Assembly: GCA_905178155.1 (NCBI GenBank) | Contig: CAJINV010000007.1 | Span: 68,799-132,798, forward strand | Source of the DNA: Amoebophrya sp. A120 | Taxonomy: Eukaryota; Protista; Dinoflagellata | DNA length: 64,000 nt | Direction: 5' to 3' | Shown: positions 12,150 to 24,700 of the stretch, one piece after another | How positions within the stretch are numbered: the first letter of the stretch is position 1 | Layout: the number at the start of each line of letters is the position of its first letter | Position numbers and translations under genes: made by a program | Notes under the pieces: model-generated | The model's database searches: none | The model's input: only the letters and a program-made list of their open reading frames with translations | Told to the model about the DNA's origin: nothing

Positions 12150-12929
12150 CTAGACGAAAGGCGTTTGGTCCACACCTTCCCGTTAATTCGCTGCAGCGTC
12201 TGTCTGTTCCTTTCTTCTTGTTCTTCCCGCTGCTGGTCTAGTCTTCGTCGTCTTTCTTCTTCCATCGCTGTCCGCTTTTTGCTTTTTGGTGCGCCCGCCT
12301 TTGCACCTTTTTGCTTTTTCTGTGTTTTTACGCGCTTGGCACTGTCTATCGTGGCCCGGATTGCGATGCCCGTCGGCTTTGTTTCTTTGATTACTTCCAG
12401 TGGTATTGCGTAGTAGTTCAGGTCCTCTTGCGCTTGTCTCCCCCACGGGGTGTTTTGCTTGATCTCCGCCTCGATGCGCGCAAAAGACCCTTCTTTTTCG
12501 TCGCCCCGGCAGGCATGGGCGATCCACGCGACCCTTTTCGCGCGGGCCTCGTCCTCGATAGGCTGCACCCCGAGCTCCTGACAGAGCTCGAGCCTGCTCT
12601 TCCCTTCGTTGCGGTAATGGCCCCCGAGGATTTCGCGAAGAGCTGAGTCCTGGAACCGCCGCAGGGCGGCGTCCTGCGCTGTCGTGGTGACCCACGTCTC
12701 CGCGTTGTACAACGCTACACTCAAGCTCAGCGCCCGATAGAGGTCGGACTTGAGCCTTGTCGGTAGTGTGGCGTCTCGCCACACTGGGGCTAGTTGCTTT
12801 ACGACCCCGGCGGCGATTGCGCACCGCCGTGTCGTTTCTCCTTCTGTGCTGCCGTCTCGACGAAATGGGACGAGGTTCTTTCGGTATTCATACTGCACTT
12901 CTCCTAAGACGAACAATTCTAACAGGTGC
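12150..12929 (-). mobile_element. Non-LTR (RTE-like) retrotransposon fragment, region C-terminal to RT
   Basis: LAPVWRDATLPTRLKSDLYRALSLSVALYNAETW...RRFQDSALREILG...RVAWIAHACR matches the RTE-clade YGxETW / RWxGHxxR region; no RT catalytic core. Confidence 0.8.
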
Positions 12930-12969
12930 ACTTGTCTGCTTCCTTGACCGATCATCATTTGGCTGACAA

Positions 12970-14681
12970 TTGAGGTGTGCTCGTACGGTGGCACCGTGTT
13001 CAGGATCCCCGGACCGAGTTCCCGCGTGACAGGCCAGCAAATAAACGACTTCTCGCCGTCCGTGCGCCACATCTTGATCGGTCCGTAGCGTCTGTACCAC
13101 ATGCGGATTGCTGCGATCACGACATTGGCGTGCCGGGTCTTCGCCGCAAAACCAAGCTTCAACCGGGTAGCGAGGTCCAGCAAGATGAGCAGGTAGATGC
13201 AGCCCGTAATGCTGGGGGTCGTGGGCCCGACGAAGTCCGCCAGGACTTCGTCGCCGAGCTCCGTGGCAGAGCTCTCCGTCTTCCCGGTCGTCGGCTTGTG
13301 CTGGTGGTTCTTGAACATGCAAGTTTCGCAGCCCGGAAACTCGTTGGTGTGCCCGAACCTGCGGTGGTCAACTTCCTCTGCGGCGAGTTTCTCGACACCA
13401 GTGGCGAAGCTAAGCGCCGGAAGCTGCTGGCCGTGGTCGCTGGTGGTTGCTGTTGGTAGTTGTTGCTGCTGCGACGTCAGGCTGTGCGGGAGACTGGACA
13501 CGAAACAACTCTGCACATCGGGAAAGATGGGATCAAGACCGCCGGCCTGGATCGCGCACCAAACCTTGATGGTGGCGAAGCCGTTGCGCTTGTTAGCGGA
13601 ATACATCTTGTCGCCGTGTATGAAGTATCCCTCCGTGGTCCGGTCGTAGATCTTGAAACGCGAAGCCAGCACGTGCGAGCTCAACAAATTCGGTCCGTGG
13701 GGCCGAAAAACGGTGTCTACGACGTCCCGAAGCGGTTCCTCGCTGTCCAGCGCAAACTGCACCAACCCGCTGTTGTTGGTCGCGGAATTGCTGCTGTTGG
13801 TCATGCTGAGGTTCCTCTACCGGGACCAAGACCTGCGCCGGTCTTGCGTCGACGGGAACATGCTGCTGCGCGGCAGCATGCTGTTGCTGCGGAACGAACT
13901 CTTGCTGCGGCGGCATCGGAAGACGTGGTGGTGCTGGCGGTGCGAGAATTTGATGTTGTTGTTGCGGAGCAGGAGCGTGTTGTTGTGGCGGCGGGGGTGG
14001 AGGGGCAAAGTTGGCGACCTGTACGATTGGAAGCGCTGGCGGTTGAATCGCGTTTGCCGGTGCTGGAGCCGCAGGTTGTTGCTGTGGACGGCGGAAGTTC
14101 CGCCGAGCCTCCTGCAGCGCTGCCTCGAAAGCGGCATCGGCGCTGCGCATCCGTACTATCTGGCACCTGATCGCCGCGGTGGTGCGCTGAGTGTGGCCCG
14201 CCACTGTGGTGCGGATCTCCTCGAGCGCCGCATCTCCGAACGTGCCGTGCCGCCGGTAGACGCCGATCAGGTAGTCCTTGCCCAATGCCGGCGCGTGAGG
14301 TCGCGGCATCTCTGTCCCCCGCTGCGCCGCTCCCTTAAAGTCGTAAGGGGCTCATAACTTGTAGATCTGGGTAGGGATCATAATCATGGTGTTCCGCCGA
14401 ACACCGAAGGATTGGGTCGAGATGCGACCCACGCATTGTTCTTGTTCATCATTTCATTGTTGGATTGCGTGCATTCTCATATTGTACAAAGCCAAAACTA
14501 GTGCGTTTGGTGAATTCAGAGATTGAAGAGGTTCACGGAGCTGAGTACTTTGCTCAGGCTCTTGTTGCGTGCCTCTCTCATCATCATGTTATTGCTCTCA
14601 GTGTGCTGTCAGTGCGCTCATGGTCCTCATCTTCTCATTCCCCAGACGACCCGACGACTGTCGAACAGTGAGGTATCTACA
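12970..14681 (-). mobile_element. Ty1/copia-like LTR retrotransposon fragment (Q/P-rich N-terminal ORF plus truncated integrase)
   Basis: HRRFGH...CETC zinc motif, ADFVGP...LILLDLATR...RTDGEKSF...TVPPYEH, cut before the catalytic Glu; upstream ORF 13593-14309 is in another frame. Confidence 0.85.
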
Positions 14682-15575
14682 GGAACTTGTCTGCTTCCTT
14701 GATTTGGCTGACAAGGATCAGATACACATATAGTTTTCGCTTATCACCTCCACGGGTACGGGCTGGAATTGATCTTTGTACTATTCAAAAATTTGAGCTT
14801 AGTTGAGAGCCGGGCGCGGCGTTCTTTCTCGATCATTTATTCCACCTGCAAGCTGCCGGGCGGGGGGAAGAACAAAATTACACTTTTGCCCAAAAAACTT
14901 AAATTGGAAGGGTGTCGATACTTTTGCTCCTGTTTTCGACGGTTCTAAGTACTCCGACAATGCATCGTGTTTGGTCACGTGTTCTAGACATGATCGAGAG
15001 CTGATGCTCTAAATCTGTTCTATCTGCCAGAAGCATCATTGACCGAGAAGCATACTGGCACTGTAGGCAGGAGGAGGAACAGCCCCTATGCGGATGAATA
15101 TGGCGAGTTTGTAACTTCCGATGTAGAAATCTCTGTCTCTCGTTCTATATTCATACATAAGTTCTTAGAGGCCTTCCTGCTCAGGCCGCCTCTTGTATGT
15201 TGTATCTCGGGTCATGCTGGGATAAGTGAAGAAGTTGTTAATTATGCGTGGCGCAGCTCGACTTGGTTTCAGTGCTTCATCATACAACTACGCCCAGTGG
15301 TCAAACGCTGGAATGTCAACGACCACTGTTGAGCTAGTACATCTACAAGTACAATCTATCTCGTATAATAATGATTTTAATGAACCTCCGCCAAATGCTA
15401 TAAATGCCCTTTCATCTTGTTCCCTACTTTCCTAGTAGGGTAAAAATTGTTCACAGGTGTGGCAATAAATCAGATCTTCTTCCACCTCTTGATTCCACGC
15501 ACGACGCGCAATGCCGGCCAGCGAAGGCTTGCATATGCATGTGCGCCTTGGTAGTTTCAGTGCTTCATCATACAA

Positions 15576-17603
15576 CTACGGCGCGCCATATGTCAACCAG
15601 GGGTCAAACACTGGAACTGGTCGTGGCGCCACCAGCTTTATCTCCAATGTCAGCAAGTACTCTTCGCCCTGCTCCTGTTGGGGTCCGCTCGGACTCGGGT
15701 TCTCCACCTCCACTTTTGCAGCCTGCATTCTGAGGTACGTTCCAGTCCGAAAGCCGGCATCGTCGGTGTAATCCAGAGGGGCTTCAAAGGCAAGGCCGAG
15801 AAAGTCGAAAGCTGCTAAAATTTCCTGAGAAAGACGCACGGGCTCCATCATATTAACCGCGATCCCATTTGGGCCCATCAAAAATCCAAATTCGGCGCGC
15901 GGCCCATCAGCTTCCTTCACCCCAAAGGCAAATCCAAATTCGGCGCGTGGCGGCACTGCTTGCAGCCCGGTCTCGAGGATCTTCAGAAGTTTCGGATAGG
16001 CACTGTATGGGGTTCTCAAACGTTACACTCTCAAATGTTAATACATGATTTGTCATGTAAGTTTGCCATGAGTACCTACATGATCAAGCTGCTTCGCATG
16101 ACAAGTTCGCGACTCGCAAAATAGGATTAGAATCTCAATCTGTGCCAACCCTGTAGTGCAAAAGGCGCAATCTTCCCCCTTTCGATTTTGGCACTCTTGC
16201 ATTACAAACTCACGCAACAGTTGAGAATGTAAACATTTGAGAACGCCATACACTGCGTTGAGCCCGTCGAGCTAGTCCACGGGGATCTTCACCAGCATAA
16301 TTTCCGTACCGATCATCATGCCACGTCGGAAGATAAGGTTGCAGCAACTCTGCCAGCAGGAGCGACTCCTCCGGCTTCGATTCTCGAGGGCGGGAAAGTA
16401 ACCCGGCAAAGGTTTTGTCTACCGCAGCGAGTTTGGGATGAAAAGGCCCCGCCCGCTCTGCACGCTTCTGCTATCCCAGGCAAAAGTTTTTATATCGCAC
16501 TCGTACTTCTATCTAGTAATCGCAGCCACGCATGACAGATCTATGGTCTATGGACCACAATCCGCCTATTATACAAATTCCATTCTTTCTTGTCATGCGA
16601 TTTAGATACTATACCAAGTGCGAAGATGCTTTTGCAATGGGTATCCGCTTGACCGCAGCAAAGGCTTCAACTAACTTGCGCAATTCTGTGCCCAATTCTT
16701 GCGCGCGATCCACATATTAAAGTGAAAACTGCCACCCACCCCTGAAATTGCAAAAATTTGCGATGCGAAGTTTCCAAATGAAAACTTTTTGTCATGCATG
16801 AAAGGAGTATGAATCTTTCTGATGCAGAGCCTAGGCGTGTATCGCATCGCTTGCATGACAAGCGCCGCTCTTGCTGGGGTCTTTTGCAATACAAATTTTT
16901 TCTATTCACGATTGGAAACCTGTAATGCTGATAGATGCAAGAGGGCGAGTGTTTCACTTGGTGGAAAGGCTTGCAATACAAATGCTCCCAAGTTCGGGGG
17001 TGGGGGCATTTTTCATTGTGATACCACATACGGCAAGTTCCATGGAGCATTCGTACACGTTGCACGAAGCAGGTTCCTATCAACTGCAAATATGTCTGGG
17101 TCTGGAAGGGTGTAAACTTGTCATGCAGGTTTCCCATGAGCATGACCTGACCCATGAGGTTTGGAATGCGGGACCTAGCACTACAGAGTCCGCGAGGTCT
17201 CTGTCATGCCTATCCTGCATGAGAAGCTCCCTCCCAACTTGGTCGAAAGTGGACAGGCAACCACAACACAGATTCATTTTTGCATGATTCGGATTTAGAA
17301 TGACAAGCCGCAATCTTCCAGACACAGACACTTTTGCATTTGATACTTCCGAAAATGGGCTGCGACTTTCCGCGTGTCCGCCCCCGGGGGCGGGGCGCTG
17401 CCGGCCGCAACTCTTTCTAGCACTGGTTCCGGAAGATCTGCCAACGACATTTTTGGAGACGTTCCGTGATTCTCCGCGGCTCGGCAGCCAAGCGGCGCCA
17501 TCATCCCCGTCACCGAAAAACCAACAAGAAACACCATGGAACCAACAACGCTCGTCGTGGGACTCAGCACACGACCACGGCAGGCGTGCAGCAACGTCGG
17601 CAT
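15576..17603 (-). CDS. Putative secreted protein with F-box-like motif, paralog 2
   Basis: Spliced frame: MPTLLHAC...SLADLPEPVLERVA...AAHFR-NLLRATCTNAPWNLPYV-DRAQELGTELRKLVEAFAAVK-xKRAERAGPFHPKL...RAQRS-AYPKLLKILE...TYGAP*. Confidence 0.82.
16006..16250. mobile_element. Introner family C (TATGGNGTTCTCAAA)
   Basis: TIR; DR CACTG. Confidence 0.9.
16472..16643. mobile_element. Introner family A, older copy shared with paralog 1
   Basis: Degenerate TIR; DR TCTGC/TCCGC. Confidence 0.8.
16715..17023. mobile_element. Introner, family D-like (CCCCACCCC subterminal)
   Basis: Imperfect ~35-bp TIR; DR CCACA. Confidence 0.82.
17078..17345. mobile_element. Introner family B
   Basis: TIR; DR GTTCC/CTTCC; empty site AGCAGGTTCCGAAAAT in paralog 1 (~9405-9420). 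Confidence 0.9.
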
Positions 17604-18767
17604 TCTGTTGCGGGCTACAACTTGATGTTTCTTTGCTGCCTCTATAATTATTTGCTGTTTCTGCTACTAGTGCAAGTTGCTCGATAGTTCTGTCACTGGT
17701 TCTTATATCCTGGCGTTGAGAGTTTTACTTTCTTTGCCAGGAGCACGATGAAGCTGCACTAGTACTAGATGAGCTGCCGCTGCGGCTTACAACTATTATT
17801 AATTTGTGTGTAGGAAAATAAAACAAGTAAAAAAATGGCACTGACGCCGCTCGCTTGTGCTCTTGATTCGTACTACGTAAAAGAAGTTCAGGCTTGGTGG
17901 AAGACAAAGATTAAGATAGTTGTTGGCGATAATGATATATGTACTGCAACTGTTGCTGTTCTTACGTTTCAACGTTATAACTCCTGCGAGGTACGTACGT
18001 GACAGAACACAACCAGGATGAAGATTTTGTTCTCACGCGACGTCACATTTTCGAAGTGGAGACTGTCTGCAGTCATGTGTTTACATTTTCATTGCCCGGA
18101 TCGTCGTGGTGGTCATCGATGGATTGTGTCCATGTCGTTCAAAAATACATAACCGATTTTCATGACGGATGGTGGATCTTTATCCTGAAAATTGTCTGTT
18201 TCTTTGGCCGATCATCATTGTCATTCGGCTGTGACAAGGATCACATATAGTTTTCGCTTATCACCTCCACGGGATGTTGATAGTAGAACTTTGCATTTGG
18301 AATTTTGTACTTGGTTGAGAGCTGGTGCCGGGCATCAAGGGATCGCTTCTTGATCCTTACGACCCCCGGCAAGCTGCCCGGCGGAAAAAACGAACAAGAA
18401 CACGACAAATATAAAAAAACTGGAAAGAAGATCATGCGCTTCGGCTACTTTTGTTCCTGTTTTTCCTTTTCGCTCCTTGTTCTGCTTCGAAAATATTAAA
18501 TCATGTTCATGTAGTTGTTTTCCTTTTGGACATCGAGAGCTGATGTTTTCGCTCCTACTTTGTTCAGAAGCATCATCACCGAGCAGCATACTGGCACTGA
18601 TGGAGGCTCGTTCTTTGTCGGAGGTCTTCGAAGCAGTTGATTCTACTTGCAGTGGGTAAGTTTTGCTTCAGTGACATTAATCATGCATCCTCACACGTGG
18701 AGTTTTAGCGTTTTCAATTTTTCAACTTGGCTTCTACTTCGCGTTGACCATAGGATCTCATATTTTA

Positions 18768-21700
18768 TTACCTCCTCGCCCCCCTTTCCTTCGAGTACAC
18801 CCGAAACTTCGGCGATGGCCCTCTGGCTCTCGGCTTGATCTTCTTCAGTTGCGGCTTCAGCAACTCCGCCGCAAGTTCCTCTCCCAGTTTAAAAAACTCG
18901 GCCTTCTTCGCCTCTTCGTCGTCCTTTTCCGTGGAGTCTTTACTATTTGTCGCTCCTTTCTCTTTATTCTTCTCCTTGGTTTTCTTGGTAACTTCCAACG
19001 CTTTCTTCACCAAGTCAAACTTATCTTCCTCGTCTCGCTCTCGAATATGTTTCGGCGCTTGCTGCAGTAGTTCTACTTTGGGAGCAGATTTAGCAGTCTT
19101 GTAGTTCTCCTGCAGCTGATCTTCCTTGTCCTCGCCGGCGCCAGCTTTTTTCGTAGCCGCGTGATCGTCATCTTCAGGCTTGTTGTTATGCTCTTGATCA
19201 ACATGATGTTCTCCGGCAACCGCAGCGGTTGACGAGTCTACTTTTTGGTTCATCTATGGCGTTCTCAAATGTTACATCCTCAACTGTTACATGATTTGTC
19301 ATGCAAAACCCCAATCAGATTCGACGCGATCAAGCTGTTGCGCATGACAAATTCTTGAAGGTCCAAACAGGCTGAAGATCTGTCATGCAAGACGCGCAAG
19401 ATCTCCCCTATCACTTTTGCCATTCTTGCATCACAAATTCATGTAACAGTTGAGAATGTAACAGTTGAGAACGCCATATCATCTCCGCAGTTGTTGTAGC
19501 ATCTCCGTGGTTTTGTCGACCCTCGGCGCGTATCAAGTGCAAAAATGCCTGGGTCTGGAAGGTTAGAACTTGTCACGCTAAATCTGAATGATGCAAAAAT
19601 CTGTGTTGCGTGAGTACCGAAAGCTGTCCGCTTTTGACCAAGTTGAGAGGGAGTTTCTCATGCAGGAAAGGCATGATAGAGACCTCAAAAAATCTGTCAT
19701 GCTGGGTCTCGCATTCCAGACCTCATGGGCCATGGAAAACCTGCATCACAAATCTTGCACTCTTCCAGACCCAGACATTTTTACATTTGATACCGCGCCC
19801 CGGATCTTGTTCTTCGTCCTTCTTGATCATTCCTGCTGTCGTATCACAGAAAAAAATGCTATATGTTTAAACGGAATTTGTGATGCAGTAACACATCGCA
19901 AAACGTGCACAAATTTGTCATGCGTAGCATGCATGCCAGGAAAGATTTTTCATGCATATTTGAAATCTGTGAAAACCGTTTTTAACGTAAAACACTTTTT
20001 TGTTTGATATGTCGTCTTTTCATCGCCGTCATTCTCGTCTTTCTTCCGTTCCTTCAGAACCACCCTGCTCAGCCCCGCCGTCCGAATCTCCTCCTCTTCA
20101 GAACTCGACAAAACATCATCCTTATCAGCGAACGCGTCCAACGCTAAGTCGCCTTCGTTCTGCGGTAGGTCCGCATCCTCATTCCCCCGCTTGCTCCTGA
20201 TGCCAGTTGTGCTCGCCCCCTTCTTGCCCTTGCCCTTGTCAACACTGTTCATCTTTCCTCGGCCCTTATTGCCGCGGTCCCGACGGTTGTCGCGAGAGGA
20301 ATCTCGTCTGCGGCGGCGATCCTCGAAGGATCCGCGCCGGTCGCGAAAGCCGTACATGCCTCCGCGTCCTCCTCCGCCGCGACGGCCAAAGGACCGTCTT
20401 ATGCAGTGCAAAAGTATCGCACTCGCATAAATGCATTACAAATTCCCTCAGCACGAGAAATAAAATTTGTAATGCTGATTTACCTCGGGGAAAATATTTG
20501 TAATGCATGATTGCAATACGAGAACGATACTTTTGCACAGGATACGTCTGTTTCCACCGCCGCGCCCGCTCCGCCGACGAGAATCTGACCTCGATCGCGC
20601 GTTCCTCCTACGTGTTCTTCGGCGGTCGCTGCTATCAAATGTAAAAATGTCTGGGTCTGGAAGAATGCAAGTTTGTCATGCTTGTCTCGCGTGACTCTGG
20701 AATCTGTCATGCGTGAGCAGGAAAGCAGCCTCTTACCTGTCATGCAAAAACGCAGTTTGTCATGCGGGAAGCGAAACATATAGGAGCTCAGAAACTTGTC
20801 ATGCGTGGCTGCGTAACGCAGTGCGCCTACCATGCACAAACTAGCAGTACAAGTTTCCAGACCCAGACATTTTTGCATTTCATAGCTGCCGGACCGAGAG
20901 CGTGATCTCCTCCTCCGTGGCCCACTTCCACCACGACGACCGCGTCCTCGAGAATTTTTACCCGACCTGGATATGCATTGCAAAAGTATGGCACTCGTAC
21001 TAATTGCAGACATGCATGACAAATCGCCTTTCTTAGCTACAACAGCATTACAAATTCCATTTGTAGTGCTAAGCTAATTAGTCATGCAATTTATACTAGT
21101 ACGATAGTACTTTTGCACAGGATACTGGACCGACTCCGTTTATTTTCCTTGGACCTCGAGCCTTTGCCCCGCGAGGACTTGCTCCGGGACGAAGAAGAGT
21201 ATGCAGATTGCAATAGCATCGCAGTCGTAGTATTCGCAATAATGGTGAATGACAGATCTAGTATCTTCCTTGTGGTCGTGGTGTGCACGAACTAATATTA
21301 CCATTACAAATTCATTCCAGTATTTTCATCATGCTGACAAAATTTTCTACTAGAACGATACTTTTGCATTGCGTAAAGAGGTTCCACCTGACTGCCCGCG
21401 CCGGCGGGAGTGGCTGCGACTCCGGAGCTCTACTTTATCAAAAGTAAAAGTGTCTGGGTCTGGAAACTTGTGATGCTGGGTGGCGTCTCATGATGAGGCT
21501 ACAGATGCTGGCTCAGCATGACAAGTTTCTGAGCTCCTAGGTGTTGCCTATTCTGCATGACAAACTGCGCTTCTGCATCACAGAAAAGCGGAGCTCTTGG
21601 GTAACGTGCATGACAGATTTAAGAGTCATGCCAGACAAGCATGACAAACATTAATTCTTCCAGACCCAGACATTTTTACAGTTGATATACTTTCGGCCTG

Positions 21701-24700
21701 GACAACTTCTCGTTTTTTTCTTTTTCTTTACTCTGTTCTCGAATTATATTTTTCGACGTCGTAGCTTTATTTTCCTTTTTCGCAGCTAGTTTCTCGTCTA
21801 ATTGCCTGCTTTGCTTTTATGCAATGCAAAACTATCGTACTAGTACAAATAGCATGACAAATTGTTGCACAGGGAAAAATAGAATTTGTAATGCTGATTG
21901 AGGTACAGTGGTAGATCTGTCATGCAAGACTGCCACTTCTCATACGAGTACGATACTTTTGCACAGGATAGCTTTTTCGCCTCCTCGATTTTCGCCTTCA
22001 GATAGGCAATCTTTCTCTCCCGGGAAGCCGTTTTGCGGTTTGGGTCTTTGTTCGCGGCTCCATTCTTTTTGTTCGCAGAAGTGGGGGCAGGAGCTCCTGT
22101 GCTGGATTTAAGTTTCTTCGCTTTAGATTTCGATTTCGATTTGGATTTTGACTTCTTGCGGCCCTCCAACTTGCTCTTCTTGTTTTTCTTCTTCTCACGA
22201 CTGGCACCACGACGACCTCCGCTGCTCGAGAGGCTACTTGATGTTCCACCTTCGCTGTCAGTTTGTTCCTTTTCGTCCTCGCTAGTTGTACCGTTGGAAT
22301 ATCCTGTGCAAAAGTATCGTACTCGTACTAATCGCATTCATGCATTACAAATCTCTTGCTTAAAGGTAAATCCGCATTACAAATTTTATTTGTCAACATG
22401 CTGGGGAAATTTGTAATGCATTTATACGAAAAATACAATACTTTTGCAATGCATATGGAAGTATGATCACCGCCCGAGGAAGACGACGAGTTATCCTCGT
22501 CTCGGTGGTCAGCAGAAGACTCATCTTTGTCAGTGACGTCACTCGCAGATGGCATCTCTTCTTCAGGGTGTGAAGAACCACCGGAGGAAACAGCTCCACG
22601 ACGAGCAGGACTTTTCTTGCCACCGGCGGCTGCTTATGCATTGCAAAAATATTATCGTACTCGTACTGATCGCGTTTATGCATTACAAATCTCTTTGTTA
22701 AGGCAAATCCGCACTACAGCTTCAATTTGTAATGCTAAGTGAATTTGTAATGCAATTTATACTAGTACGATACTTTTGCACAGGATACTGCTCTCTTTTT
22801 CTCTACTTCGCCTTCACTGGCGCTGCTAGAGGAGGCGGCCGCAGAGCTGCTGTTGTCCTTTGTCTTCTTTTTGGTCTTCTTTTTCTCGTCCCCCTTGGAC
22901 GCATGTGCTTGTTCTTTCTCCTGACTCACTTTCCGTTTCTTCTTCTCGCGTTTGTTCTTTTTGTCGTCGTCGCTGCCTACTTCGCTGTGCCTGTGCGCCG
23001 GTGAAAGAATTTTTTCCTTCATCGCGCTATTTTTGATTTTGTCCTCAGGTTTATCTTGTTGTTGACCCGAGCCTGCTCGTCCCGATGGAGGTTCTTGTCC
23101 TTCATTCTTCATCGTAGCTGCACTCTTCTTGTTCGTGGTCTCATCACGACTGCGTTCTTTTTTCGTCTTCTTCTGAACATGATTTTCCCTGGGAGAGGAG
23201 GAGCGATCTTCCTCCCCAGCATCATGACTTGAAGAATCTTCATGGTCCACCTCCGAGGAAGATCTGCCTTTTCGCTTGCGCTTCAAAGTCTTTTTCTGCT
23301 TCTTTGCCTTCTTGGAGCTCCTGGTCGTGCGGCCATGATCATCTCTATTCTTCTTTGTTCTTGTTTTTCCACTAGGAACAGCATCATCTACAACATCGCT
23401 AGCACTACTAGCATCATGGTCTTCATCCTCTACTTCTACCCTTTCCTTGCTCCTTTTCAACGTCGCCGCTCGTTTCTTTTCCTTCTTCAATTTCTTTTTT
23501 TCCTTCTTCGACAGGCGCTTGTTCTTTTCTTCATCTCGATCTCGTCCAGAGGAGGAGGAGCCGCTGCTGCTCCTTTTGCCGCCGCTCCTGTGCTTCTTTC
23601 GCAGGTAGTTTTTCTTTTCCGCTTTAATATTCCCCCGTGATCGTCCTCCTGCTCGGGAAGAAGATGAGTCAGAACCTTTGCTTTTGTTCCTCGCGGCCGT
23701 CTGCTCGTAGTTTCGGTCGTCACCACGACGGCGGCGGCGGCCACGCGAATGATTAATATTCGAGGAGCGCCGAGAAGTTGTTGTATCCCGACCGCGGCCG
23801 GTAGAACCTTCTTTATTCCGCTTCTTCTCGGCGTCCAATCTCTTTTTTTCCTTTGCTTTTTTCTCCTCCTCATCCTCACTGGAGCTCATGTCGTCCGTGT
23901 GGAAATCGCTCGCGTTCTTTTTCTCGTCTTCCTGCGAACTGAAAACAACTTCAAACTTCCGCGGCTTCGGGTGTCTTTTCTTCGCGTTCTTTATGCAGTG
24001 CAAAGGCATCGTATTCGTTGTATATATAAATGCATTACAGGTTTCTTCAGCATGAGAAATAAAATTTGTAATGCTGATTTACTTTAAGAAAAATATGCAT
24101 GACTGGAATACGAGTACGATGCTTTTGCATTTCATATCCTTCTCCCGCTGGCGATTTTTTTCTTGCTCCTTCACCATCACATTGTCCTCTCCCAGCAAGA
24201 CTTTTGTCGTCAAAAGCGGCTTATCCTTTGCAAAAGCATCGTATTCGTATAAATGCAAGTCTTGCATTACAAATCTTTTTCTTAAGGCAGATCTGCATTA
24301 CAAATTTTATTTCTCACGCTGAGAAAATTATTTGTAACGCATTTATACGAGTACGATACTTTTGCAGTTCATACGGCTCTGGTGCTTTCACTTTCACCTT
24401 ATTCTTCTTCTCTTCTTTTTCCTTCAGACGCTTGTTGTCGATTTTCTGCTTGCGCAGCTCCGCTTGCACCTTTTCAATCTGCAGATCCAACTTCTTGATC
24501 TTTTTCTTTCGGCGCTTTTTCTTGTCCTCGTCAGAGCCAGACTCCGGCTCCGCCGCAAGCTCCTTCGCGATCTGTTTTTATACTTGATTTTATATTTTTC
24601 CAAAGATTTTGCCGCGACGGTCGAGAACCAGCAAGTAATATCCTTTTCCACAAAAGGTTCATCTAGCATTTATTTTCATGTGGTGAACTCATCTTTCGCC

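Larger units (their letters stand above)
14716..17640. repeat. Segmental duplication copy 2
   Basis: Collinear with 5940-9700; its left part also matches 18236-18600. Confidence 0.85.

Noticed and set aside
12011-13804. 597-aa ORF as a genuine polyprotein gene
   Set aside because: Chimera of a truncated copia integrase and an RTE C-terminal fragment joined through a duplicated target; lacks the integrase Glu and the RT core.
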